DNA of 43,958 nucleotides. Source: Syntrophales bacterium (GTDB taxonomy: Bacteria; Desulfobacterota; Syntrophia; Syntrophales; UBA2185). The notes below the pieces were generated by a model. It was not told the origin of the DNA. It was given only the letters and a program-made list of their open reading frames with translations, and ran no database searches. Below are positions 34,783-43,270 of the stretch, piece after piece; positions within the stretch are counted from its first letter, which is position 1, and each line of letters starts with the position of its first letter. A program made the translations under genes and the position numbers. The stretch spans positions 1 to 43,958 of the forward strand of contig DASPQI010000462.1 in the NCBI GenBank assembly GCA_035625045.1, read 5' to 3'.

Positions 34783-36144
34783 TTATGGCTTTGGCAAGCC
34801 CTCAATAGCTTTCAACGCCCTCTTAATTTCTTTTTCCGGGAGATCATATTGCTCAAGCTTCCCCGACAGGAAGGCGTCATACGCTGCAAGATCAACGAGT
34901 CCGTGACCGCTCCAGTCGAAGAGGATGACTTTTTCCTTACCCTCTTCCTTAGCCCGCATAGCTACATCCACCACCGCGGCTATAGCATGATTCGTTTCCG
35001 GCGCCGGAATAAAACACTCGCTGCGAGCCCACTTCACACCGGCATCAAAGGTTTCAAGCTGGTTATACGCCCTCGCCTCCATCACCTTTTCCTTGACCAG
35101 ATGGCTTACGATGGGAGCCATGCCGTGATATCGCAGCCCACCCGCGTGGATGGGCGCGGGTACGAAATCATGCCCGAGGGTATACATGCAAAGAAGTGGC
35201 GTCATCTTGGCAAGATCACCAAAATCATATGCGAAGGGGCCTTTTGTCATGGTCGGGCATGACGACGGTTCCGCGGCGATAATGGTAACATTTTTGCCGT
35301 GAATCTTATCCCTGGCGTACGGAAGCGCTATCCCGGCAAAATTACTGCCTCCACCGGCACAGCCGATCACGACATCGGGATAGACACCAATTTGTTCCAA
35401 CTGCTTCTGTGCCTCCAGGCCTATGATGGTCTGATGCAAGAGCACGTGATTCAGAACGCTTCCCAGAGAGTAGCGTGAGTTTTTGTGCGTAACTGCATCT
35501 TCAACCGCCTCACTGATCGCAATGCCGAGGCTGCCAGGCGAATCAGGGTGAGCAGCCAGCACCTGCTTACCAGCATTAGTCAAAGTACTGGGGCTGGGGA
35601 TGCATTCAGCGCCCCATGTATTCATCATCAGGCGCCGGTAAGGCTTCTGTTCATAGCTGACCTTTACCATATACACGCGGCATTCCAGGTCGAAAATTTT
35701 GCATGCCATGGCCAGTGCGCTTCCCCACTGCCCTGCCCCTGTCTCGGTTGCAAGACGCTTGATGCCGAAAACCTTATTGTAATACGCTTGGGGAACGGCT
35801 GTATTCGGTTTGTGGGAACCGGCAGGGCTCACACCTTCATTTTTATAGTATATCTTGACAGGAGCACCGAGCAGCTTTTCAAAATTCCGGGCCCTGCACA
35901 ACGGCGTAGGCCGCCAGAGGAGATATTTTTCCAGAACAGCATCGGGAATGTCAATCCAGCGCTCCGGACTCACTTCCTGTTCAATCAGATTCATCGGAAA
36001 GACTGGTGCCAGATCATCCGGGCCGACGGGTTTTCCCGTTCCCGGATGGAGAGGAGGATTCATGGGAGTCGGCATGTCAGCCAGGATATTGTACCATTTC
36101 TTCGGTATCTCATTATCGTTCAATACTACCTTGGTCTGTTCCAT
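34783..36144 (-). CDS. TrpB-like PLP-dependent enzyme (tryptophan synthase beta, TrpB2 type)
   Basis: WYNILADMP...MNLIEQE..., [21 protein letters not shown] (PLP lysine), [12 protein letters not shown] chose the ATG at 36144 because AGGAGA lies 6 nt upstream. The track's 36264 start adds 40 non-homologous residues. Confidence 0.85.
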   Translation of the reverse strand: MEQTKVVLNDNEIPKKWYNILADMPTPMNPPLHPGTGKPVGPDDLAPVFPMNLIEQEVSPERWIDIPDAVLEKYLLWRPTPLCRARNFEKLLGAPVKIYYKNEGVSPAGSHKPNTAVPQAYYNKVFGIKRLATETGAGQWGSALAMACKIFDLECRVYMVKVSYEQKPYRRLMMNTWGAECIPSPSTLTNAGKQVLAAHPDSPGSLGIAISEAVEDAVTHKNSRYSLGSVLNHVLLHQTIIGLEAQKQLEQIGVYPDVVIGCAGGGSNFAGIALPYARDKIHGKNVTIIAAEPSSCPTMTKGPFAYDFGDLAKMTPLLCMYTLGHDFVPAPIHAGGLRYHGMAPIVSHLVKEKVMEARAYNQLETFDAGVKWARSECFIPAPETNHAIAAVVDVAMRAKEEGKEKVILFDWSGHGLVDLAAYDAFLSGKLEQYDLPEKEIKRALKAIEGLPKP

Positions 36145-36303
36145 AGATGTTCTCCTTTTTATGAATTCAATGAGACCGTACCTTTTTCCAGGCAACGCCA
36201 CAGAAAAGGGCCTAAGTCGAATTGACCCTGAGTAAGTGAAATGAATCGAAGGGTCTTTGTTCAATTTCCCACAGTTCGCTGCAGAATTTGCAAAACCCTA
36301 TTA

Positions 36304-37509
36304 TCATGTTTCGAGGTTTGATAACAACCCCTTATGTCTTCGATACCACAAGTTTGGAAGGATCCTATAGATCATCCTCGATATAGGTCCGATATATTCT
36401 CTTGTCCTTTTATCAAACTGGCAGGCCTGGATGATATGTTCTTTGATGTCCTTCTTATGACCCACCTCATTAAATATTTTATAGGCGCAATGAAACAAAG
36501 GACTGTACATATTCTTCTTTTCCAGGTACTTGTGCACATTCCTGATGGTATTGGGACCTTCCGGTGTACCATCTATCCTCTCAAGGACCTTTATATCTGT
36601 TTCTATGGGATTCCCGCTGTACAATTCATAATAGAATTTGCCGTACCGGTAATTCTTGCTTGCGACAGAAGACAGAGTTACATACATGTCACCCACACCG
36701 GCCTGACTGTGAAAGGCCTGAAAGCCGCCGCCCAACAATTTCGACAACGACCGTATCTCCACGCCGGACCGCGCAAATACAGTTCCAGGAATAGAATCAC
36801 CAATATCCAGAGAATCTATGACACCCATGATATTTGCAACGATATTTTTTAGAGAACCGCATGCCTCAACGCCTACAATATCAAAATTATAAAAGGAGGT
36901 GAATTCCCTCCGATTAAATCTGATGATCTCTTCCCTTATTATTTTGGCAACCCGCTTTTTCCCGGCAACGGTCACACAGACAGGGTTCCCCAGCATGATA
37001 TCCATATCAAAGAAGGGACCTCCGATACAAACCACCTCATATCTGTCCTTAACATTGAACAAATTATTATTGATCAACTGTGACGGTGTGATCAGTTCCT
37101 TGGTGATTTCATCAGCGGTGAGACCTTTGATCGGGGAAAGAAGGCATGTCTCCCCTGCCTTTTTTTCAATCAGCGGTTTCAGGTAATTCAGGAAATCCGG
37201 AAGCTTGTTCATCGTGATGGTGAGGAAAATGAAATCATTATCATCAATGACGCGCTCCAGATCATTTGTCGCACGAACCGTTTCGGCCAACCTGGGTACA
37301 TTGTCCATACCTCCGAGTCTGCGGGCAAGATCCTGAGTCAGGTGCTTCGGATTGAGGTGTTCCCTGTTGATGGTCCGGCATACTTCGGTATCGTGATAAT
37401 AAATAGTTACTCTCTTATTGTCCCTTCCGAACTTATAGGCAAGGGATGTCCCTAATCTGCCCGGCCCGATGATGGCAATCCTGCTCGTATCTAAATTGTT
37501 CATCCTCAT
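36304..37509 (-). CDS. NAD(P)H-dependent glycerol-3-phosphate dehydrogenase family protein (GpsA-like, extended C-terminus)
   Basis: N-terminal Rossmann IAIIGPGRLGTSLA. Central KGL...ACGSLKNIVA motifs typical of the GpsA family. At 401 aa it is about 60 aa longer than typical GpsA. Confidence 0.65.
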   Translation of the reverse strand: MRMNNLDTSRIAIIGPGRLGTSLAYKFGRDNKRVTIYYHDTEVCRTINREHLNPKHLTQDLARRLGGMDNVPRLAETVRATNDLERVIDDNDFIFLTITMNKLPDFLNYLKPLIEKKAGETCLLSPIKGLTADEITKELITPSQLINNNLFNVKDRYEVVCIGGPFFDMDIMLGNPVCVTVAGKKRVAKIIREEIIRFNRREFTSFYNFDIVGVEACGSLKNIVANIMGVIDSLDIGDSIPGTVFARSGVEIRSLSKLLGGGFQAFHSQAGVGDMYVTLSSVASKNYRYGKFYYELYSGNPIETDIKVLERIDGTPEGPNTIRNVHKYLEKKNMYSPLFHCAYKIFNEVGHKKDIKEHIIQACQFDKRTREYIGPISRMIYRILPNLWYRRHKGLLSNLET

Positions 37510-37650
37510 ATACTAAACCTCATGCTACGCGAACTTCACCTAGGCATGACACTGCTTAATTTATCATTCCCATTTATAGACTTTTCCCGTTATTGCGAGA
37601 GATCGAAGGGAGCGCGGCAATCTCTCCCTATAACTCACCCGATAACAAAA

Positions 37651-37691
37651 TTTCCCCTCCCCTTGTGGGAAGGGCTCAAGGGGAGGGGGAA
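37651..37691. repeat. Strong G/C hairpin element
   Basis: TTTCCCCTCCCCTT (37651-37664) pairs with AAGGGGAGGGGGAA (37678-37691) for about 14 bp around a 13-nt loop. Confidence 0.7.
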
Positions 37692-37937
37692 ACACATCTA
37701 GTTCAGAGCGGCGATTATAGGTAAAAAAATAGCTTCATGTCAAACAATAATATGCTTACTATTCTTGGAGTTTTTCTCTCTTCTTTTACGACAATTTTGT
37801 AAAAAGTTTGTTCTCATCTGAAATAGCTATTCCACCCCAATTAGAGCATTTGAGGGCAGGCTTTAGCGGGAATCAAGTATTATTAAATAGTTATTCTCTA
37901 TATCAGCTGTAAGGTTTTTTAACTTTTTAAAAGCTCG

Positions 37938-39233
37938 TCACTTATAAAGCGCATCGAGAGGACTGTGCGGCACTTTCGACATGTTTCTGACGACGCGGGT
38001 GTAGATCATGGTCGTTTCCACATTCTTATGTCCAAGAAGCTCCTGGACTTCACGGACGTTCACACCGCTTGCCAGGAGATGCGTAGCAAAGCTGTGGCGC
38101 AGGGTATGGACGCTGGCACGCTTAGGGATGCCCGACTTTCGCAGCGCATTTTTTATCATGTCCTGGATCGCCGTGTCACTGATATGCTGACGGCTCACTC
38201 TACCGCTTCGTGGATCGACAGAGAGCCTCGCCGATGGGAAAACATACTGCCATGCCCACTCTTTGCCTGCCTTCGGATATTTATGGCCGACTGCCCCAGG
38301 AAGCTGGACTTCTCCATATCCTTTTGCAAGATCATCTTCATGGATGAGCTTCACCGCTTCCAGATGCCCTTTAAGCCTGTCTTTGACAGTTGAAGGCAAA
38401 ATTGTCGTTCTATCCCTGCCGCCCCTTTCGCTTCTTACAAATATAGTATTCGCATCAAAATCTATGTCTCTCACCCTCAGGCGGGCAAGTTCCATGAGTC
38501 TCAAGCCCGCACCATATAATAGCTCAGCGATTAACCGATTCTTGGCACTCATGGGGACAAATAGAACCTTGACCTCATCTACAGATAATACAGATGGCAG
38601 CTTCTGTCCCCGTTTTTCGCGTATAGCGCTGCTGGGATCGCCTGTTTCCTTACCCAGCACATTGCGAAAGAAGAAACGAATTGCGTTGAATGCCTGGTTT
38701 TGCGTTGAAGAAGATACTTTTCTTTTGTGGGAGAGATAAGCGAGAAAATTTTTAAAATCCGCCGCCGCAATATCAGATATCTTTGTCTTTTTCTCCGCAT
38801 GAAATACATAGTCAAGAAAACGTTCTATCCATTGAAGATAGACACGCTCTGTGCTGTTGGAATAATGCCTGAATCTGATCAGACGTCTTCCTTCCTTGAG
38901 CAAGCCGCTAACATCCGCAGGGCGGGAGACGCTTGGTACATGTTCAGCCATCTTTTTAAGATATTGAGTAAAATAAAGCCGCAGCGCTTCATTCGCCTGA
39001 CGATGCTGCCATTTAAAGATGCGTCTATCGGACTGTAAAGCATCGAGATATGCAGTGACCGCCCCCTCCTGATAGACCACCATGGACAATTTATGTTTTT
39101 TGGCGTAGTCAAGATATCTGTTGACCCAATGTGCATAGGAGGGGACATTACTTTCCGGGGCAAGCTTTTCTTCCAGAAGGAATTTCTGGAACTCTGGCAG
39201 GGATTTATCTCGAACCTTTGTCGATTTATCCAT
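37938..39233 (-). CDS. intI: Integron integrase (IntI-type tyrosine recombinase) with an extra N-terminal SAM-like domain
   Basis: Catalytic region GLRLMELARLRVRDIDF, HTLRHSFATHLL, LLGHKNVETTMIYTRV. The IntI-specific insertion HKYPKAGKEWAWQYVFPSARLSVDPRSGRVSRQHI aligns with the IntI1/VchIntIA pattern KYPxAxxxWxWQYxFP...DPxSGxxRRHH. Confidence 0.9.
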   Translation of the reverse strand: MDKSTKVRDKSLPEFQKFLLEEKLAPESNVPSYAHWVNRYLDYAKKHKLSMVVYQEGAVTAYLDALQSDRRIFKWQHRQANEALRLYFTQYLKKMAEHVPSVSRPADVSGLLKEGRRLIRFRHYSNSTERVYLQWIERFLDYVFHAEKKTKISDIAAADFKNFLAYLSHKRKVSSSTQNQAFNAIRFFFRNVLGKETGDPSSAIREKRGQKLPSVLSVDEVKVLFVPMSAKNRLIAELLYGAGLRLMELARLRVRDIDFDANTIFVRSERGGRDRTTILPSTVKDRLKGHLEAVKLIHEDDLAKGYGEVQLPGAVGHKYPKAGKEWAWQYVFPSARLSVDPRSGRVSRQHISDTAIQDMIKNALRKSGIPKRASVHTLRHSFATHLLASGVNVREVQELLGHKNVETTMIYTRVVRNMSKVPHSPLDALYK

Positions 39234-39386
39234 AAATTACCAAGTTGGTTTTTTGTGCTTATTATCATAATATACCAAAAATAAAAAGCCTATTTCATAT
39301 CAATTTTCATTTATTTCCTTCTCAAATTTACTGAAATAAGTTAATGTCTGACAAATTTTTATCAAAGCCAACTTAGTATATTAATT

Positions 39387-39393
39387 GTTAGCC
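39387..39393 (+). other. Candidate attI core site
   Basis: GTTAGCC (consensus GTTRRRY, one mismatch). It lies 154 nt from the intI start and 15 nt before the first cassette ATG. Confidence 0.3.
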
Positions 39394-39408
39394 TAAGAGA
39401 GTACGGAC

Positions 39409-40209
39409 ATGTATCGAGCAACAAATAAAACTGGTCGCTGTTGCATCTGCGGAGGAGACGGCAAGTTGTCTTTTGAGCATGTGCCTCCGAGATCAGCCTT
39501 CAACGACCATCCGGTGCTCGTGGCTAATATCAAGGAATTGATTGGCAACTGGGATGGTGAGTTGAAGTCCATTAAGGGAAGAGTTCATCAATTGGGAGCC
39601 GGTGACTACACTCTATGCGAGGAATGCAACAACGATATAGGAGCATGGTACGGAAATGCCTTCGCGGATTGGGCATATCAAGCATTTAGGGTACTCACGT
39701 ATGCGAGCGGCGAACCAACTCTTTATTATCAGTTCAGGGTTTTTCCGCTACGAGTCATTAAACAGATAGTATGTATGTTTTTCAGCTCAAATGGCCCTGA
39801 TTTCCGAACTGCCCATCCCAATTTAGTCAAGTTCGTCTTGAACTCAGAGGTTAGGTACATAGAACCCTCGATTCGCATATACACTTACTACAAATTGGCC
39901 CCCGTTTCGCGACAGTCGGGCGTTGCCAGCTTGCTAAATATAGAAAAGCAACAGGGGTATACATTCAGTGAAATAGCTTTTATACCACTCGGCTATCTGA
40001 TGACCTTGGAATCCAAGGTTCCTGATAACCGTCCGATTGATATTTCGTTTTTCGCCAACTACCGTTATGACGATCGGAAGGAGTTTTCCTTTAGGATTCC
40101 GGTTTTGCCGGTATACACCTACTTTCCTGCTGACTATAGAAACCGAGACGAAGTATTGGCAACAGGCAGAGAAAATAGAAACCACAGAAGAGAGCTAACA
40201 GCCCGCTGA
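39409..40209 (+). CDS. HNH-like nuclease N-terminal module with an uncharacterised C-terminal domain (266 aa)
   Basis: CCICGGDGKLSFEHVPPRSAFN ... YTLCEECNNDIGAWY, i.e. CxxC...EH...CxxCN, a beta-beta-alpha-metal finger pattern. The remaining ~180 aa are unrecognised. Confidence 0.6.
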   Translation: MYRATNKTGRCCICGGDGKLSFEHVPPRSAFNDHPVLVANIKELIGNWDGELKSIKGRVHQLGAGDYTLCEECNNDIGAWYGNAFADWAYQAFRVLTYASGEPTLYYQFRVFPLRVIKQIVCMFFSSNGPDFRTAHPNLVKFVLNSEVRYIEPSIRIYTYYKLAPVSRQSGVASLLNIEKQQGYTFSEIAFIPLGYLMTLESKVPDNRPIDISFFANYRYDDRKEFSFRIPVLPVYTYFPADYRNRDEVLATGRENRNHRRELTAR

Positions 40210-40337
40210 ACTGGATTGGCCAGTAAAGACGTCCTCCAGGTTAGTGTGACTTCTACAGATTAGCTTCGCATCGTACTTCTCATAAGCAAGCAGCTATGTT
40301 AAAGTTTTTGGTACGCCAGATAAAAAAGGATCGACAA

Positions 40338-41132
40338 ATGAAATCACGACAGATGAAGATGATCTTGAGCTTGGCGATTGCTCTGACACTCTCTTTCATT
40401 GTAGCTTCGCCTAATTCCTTTGCACAAAAAACAGAAAATAGAATTGAAGGTGTAAACAAGAGCTGGGAGAAGGCAGAGGTATTCGTTCCGGGCAGATTCT
40501 TTACCACTACGCCTGGCAAGGTGAGCGTCGAAAAGCCATTACCGGTTGTAATATACATGCACGGGTGTACGGGCGTTGTCATGCACGACTCACACTGGGG
40601 AAGTTTCATCAAGGGGCTCGGCTTCATTGCCGTACTGCCTGATAGCATGGCCAGACCCGGCCGCAAATTAAACTGCAATCCCGTGATGAAACGCGGCGGT
40701 TTATTTCCACAGGCCCATGCGATGCGTCAAGAGGAGATTAGCTATGCCCTCGAACAAGTTAAGAAGAGCCCATGGGCCGATACAAAAAATATTTTTTTAA
40801 TGGGTCACAGTGAAGGAGGTGTGGCGGTAGCGCGAACCCGGCTTGGTGGCTTTCGTGGCATCATCATCTCGGGATGGGGCTGCACAAATGCGAAGAATCC
40901 CGATTTCGACGGTATCTTCGCACCACTCGAAACCCCCATCTTGACCCTGGAATGGGATGCAGATCCGTGGCGGGTTGGCACTCCCCAAGAGGGCTCTTGC
41001 GCCAACAAGTTCGGTAAGCGAAAGAACGCTCGGCAGATTCTGTTTTCAGGTAGCCAGCACGACACCTACCAGCAAAGCAGAGCACAAGAGGCGGTCGCTC
41101 AATTTCTCAAGGAAAATCTTGCGCTCCAATGA
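40338..41132 (+). CDS. Secreted alpha/beta hydrolase (dienelactone-hydrolase-like)
   Basis: Signal peptide MKSRQMKMILSLAIALTLSFIVASPNSFA. VVIYMHGCTG, nucleophile elbow LMGHSEGG, late SGSQHD. The ATG at 40338 has AGGA 7 nt upstream (track start 40296). Confidence 0.7.
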   Translation: MKSRQMKMILSLAIALTLSFIVASPNSFAQKTENRIEGVNKSWEKAEVFVPGRFFTTTPGKVSVEKPLPVVIYMHGCTGVVMHDSHWGSFIKGLGFIAVLPDSMARPGRKLNCNPVMKRGGLFPQAHAMRQEEISYALEQVKKSPWADTKNIFLMGHSEGGVAVARTRLGGFRGIIISGWGCTNAKNPDFDGIFAPLETPILTLEWDADPWRVGTPQEGSCANKFGKRKNARQILFSGSQHDTYQQSRAQEAVAQFLKENLALQ

Positions 41133-41201
41133 GTGGCTGCACCGATCGGCTATTAAGTCTCTCGCTTAGCCGTTTGTTATGTCTATTTAAAGGAGAAAAC
41201 A

Positions 41202-41648
41202 ATGAAATATGATGAAATATTAAAACTGCTTGCACCTTGTGGTTTAAATTGTTCCAAATGCATGGCCTTTACCAATGGAGACATAAAAAAGAACGCTAAT
41301 GAGTTAAAAAGATTGCTCGGATCGTTTGACAGTTACGCTGATAGATTTTCCAGTTTTCTCCCCGTTTTTAAAAACTATCCTTCCTTTAAAAAACTACTAG
41401 AATATTTCGCACAAGCCGATTGTAAAGGATGTCGTAACGGGGATTGTAAATATCCGAATTGCGGGGTTGCTTCCTGCTATAAACAAAAAGAGATCGATTT
41501 CTGCTTTCAATGCAATGAGTTTCCATGCGAAAAAACAAGTTTTGACCCAAACCTCAAAAAGAGATGGATGCAAATGAATAATCTTATGAAACAAAAAGGC
41601 GTTGAAGCATACTTTGAAGAGACAAAGGATTTACCCAGGTATATATAA
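41202..41648 (+). CDS. Cys-rich DUF3795-like protein
   Basis: APCGLNCSKCMAF...CKGCRNGDCKYPNCGVASCY...DFCFQCNEFPCEK. AAGGAG RBS. Confidence 0.7.
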   Translation: MKYDEILKLLAPCGLNCSKCMAFTNGDIKKNANELKRLLGSFDSYADRFSSFLPVFKNYPSFKKLLEYFAQADCKGCRNGDCKYPNCGVASCYKQKEIDFCFQCNEFPCEKTSFDPNLKKRWMQMNNLMKQKGVEAYFEETKDLPRYI

Positions 41649-41722
41649 CGCGCCACCACCGGATGGCTTACAGCCGCCGTTGACGACTGGCGCTATATCA
41701 ATTCAAAACAAAGGAGGGTAAA

Positions 41723-42190
41723 ATGGCACGCATAGGTATTCTTACATGTTCCAATTCCACGCAGGAAAGTAACTGCGGTTCAGTTGTATGTTTGGGAGAT
41801 ATGAGAAAGCGTGGAGGTTTCTTCAATACATATCCAAAAGATGAACCGATAGATTTGATCGGCATTATAAACTGCGCTGGATGCCCGACTGTCGCAGCAC
41901 CAGAAAAAATTCTGAAAAAAGTTCGCGCTCTTGCTGATTTCAGAATTGATGCTCTTCATTTCTCTTTTTGTATGACCGCTCTCTGCCCTTTTATAAAACA
42001 GTACGAAAAAGTCATCAGCAGAGAATATCCAGACTTAAAAATTGTTATGGGTACACACAAGCCAATAGACAAGAATGAATTCCAGAGAGGTGTGAAAGAG
42101 ATTCTTTGCCAAACCATAAGGAGACCCCAGGATATGACGTCTCTGGTTAAAGGAACATTAGAGCTGCCTGATGGGCCGTTAAAATTCTAA
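41723..42190 (+). CDS. CGGC-domain-like protein
   Basis: MARIGILTCSN...NCAGCPT...ALHFSFCM. GGAGGG RBS. Confidence 0.6.
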   Translation: MARIGILTCSNSTQESNCGSVVCLGDMRKRGGFFNTYPKDEPIDLIGIINCAGCPTVAAPEKILKKVRALADFRIDALHFSFCMTALCPFIKQYEKVISREYPDLKIVMGTHKPIDKNEFQRGVKEILCQTIRRPQDMTSLVKGTLELPDGPLKF

Positions 42191-42309
42191 TTTAGTTTTA
42201 TTACATGTTATAAAATTTGGATTCATTTTTAAAACCGTCGTTAGATCAAAGAGATGTTATCCAAAACTGATCAGACCAGCAGACATGACGATTCGGGGAG
42301 ACAATCCTT

Positions 42310-43014
42310 TTGAGAGCTTCTGATATATGTAGCAGATTGCAGGCACTTGGAGATAGAGAAAGAGCACAGATAGTGCAAAGATTCTTCAAAACAGGCCAAG
42401 GTGAATATGGTCACGGAGATATATTTGTCGGTCTTCGTGTTCCGGAGATTAGAAAGCTGGCCAAAGAATATCAGGCAATCACCTTAGTAGAAACAACCAA
42501 ATTACTTCATTCTCCCATACATGAGGCAAGACTGCTTGCACTATTAATTTTGATACGTTCCTACAAGCAAGAAAATTATTCTCTCCAAGAACGCATTTAT
42601 AATCTATACTTGAAGAATACACAGTTTATAAATAACTGGGATCTGGTAGATGCCTCGGCGGAACACATTGTCGGATCTCATTTGAGATATCGCAGTAGAT
42701 CTCCTCTTCATGCCCTAGCAGTGTCTGACCTTCTTTGGGATCGAAGAATTTCCATCATGGCAACATTTCATTACATAAAATATGGGGAGTTCGCCGAGAC
42801 ACTGCGTATTGCAGAGACATTGCTCAACGACGCAGAAGATCTAATCCACAAAGCTGTCGGTTGGATGCTTCGTGAAATAGGTAAACGTGATCATCTTACT
42901 GAAAAAGAGTTTCTGAAAGTACACTACAAGGCTATGCCGCGTACTATGCTCCGGTATGCCATCGAGAAATTTCCAGAGAAGTTGAGAAAACAATATTTGC
43001 GTGGAGAAATATAA
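42310..43014 (+). CDS. DNA alkylation repair protein (AlkD/HEAT-repeat family)
   Basis: RFFKTGQGEYGHGDIFVGLRVPEIRKLAKEY ... NNWDLVD ... KAVGWMLRE. TTG start with GGGGAG 8 nt upstream. Confidence 0.75.
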   Translation: MRASDICSRLQALGDRERAQIVQRFFKTGQGEYGHGDIFVGLRVPEIRKLAKEYQAITLVETTKLLHSPIHEARLLALLILIRSYKQENYSLQERIYNLYLKNTQFINNWDLVDASAEHIVGSHLRYRSRSPLHALAVSDLLWDRRISIMATFHYIKYGEFAETLRIAETLLNDAEDLIHKAVGWMLREIGKRDHLTEKEFLKVHYKAMPRTMLRYAIEKFPEKLRKQYLRGEI

Positions 43015-43057
43015 TTTCGATTTGTTGAAACCCAAAAATCAGAATAAGGAGTTTATC

Positions 43058-43252
43058 ATGGCTTTATTGAAGGAAGGCGCAATTCCCATCGGGCGGACGA
43101 TGTTTATTCCCAAAGAGGGAGGTTTGACAAAGGGCAGTCTGGAGATTGAATCCAACGGCCAGTATAATATTATAGAGAGGCCTGACCGATTCGAAATCAA
43201 GAACGCTGAATGCTGTAGAAGCATCCTTGTGAAGGTAAAGACGAAAGAATAA
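43058..43252 (+). CDS. Hypothetical small protein (64 aa)
   Basis: ATG preceded by AAGGAG at 6 nt. No recognisable motif. Confidence 0.45.
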   Translation: MALLKEGAIPIGRTMFIPKEGGLTKGSLEIESNGQYNIIERPDRFEIKNAECCRSILVKVKTKE

Positions 43253-43270
43253 TCTTTACAGCAGTCACTA

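Larger units (their letters stand above)
37938..43260. mobile_element. Putative chromosomal integron: intI plus attI region plus array of six co-oriented accessory ORFs
   Basis: Divergent intI. Six short ORFs all lie on the opposite strand, each with its own SD and separated by 44-128-nt junctions. The functions are unrelated accessory ones and the DNA is visibly more AT-rich. Canonical attC sites were not confirmed by eye. Confidence 0.55.

Noticed and set aside
35485-36225. Long antisense ORFs in the track (for example 35485-36225, 7281-7817, 31697-32347, 23218-23814, 1553-1957, 4167-4622, 15956-16387)
   Set aside because: They lie entirely opposite well-supported genes, have low-complexity or Arg/Ser/Pro-rich composition, and carry no motifs. 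These are shadow ORFs.
36145-36264. 40-codon N-terminal extension of the TrpB2 ORF; similar extensions at aroDE (8417-8491) and cdaA (11920-11991)
   Set aside because: The internal starts have proper SD sequences or ATGA coupling and match family N-termini. The extensions overlap upstream genes or promoters.
39234-39386. Possible cassette promoter (Pc) candidates in the intI-attI spacer (TTGGTT-N17-TAATAT around 39245-39273)
   Set aside because: The region is very AT-rich, so weak -10/-35 matches are expected by chance. None is close enough to consensus to report as a feature.
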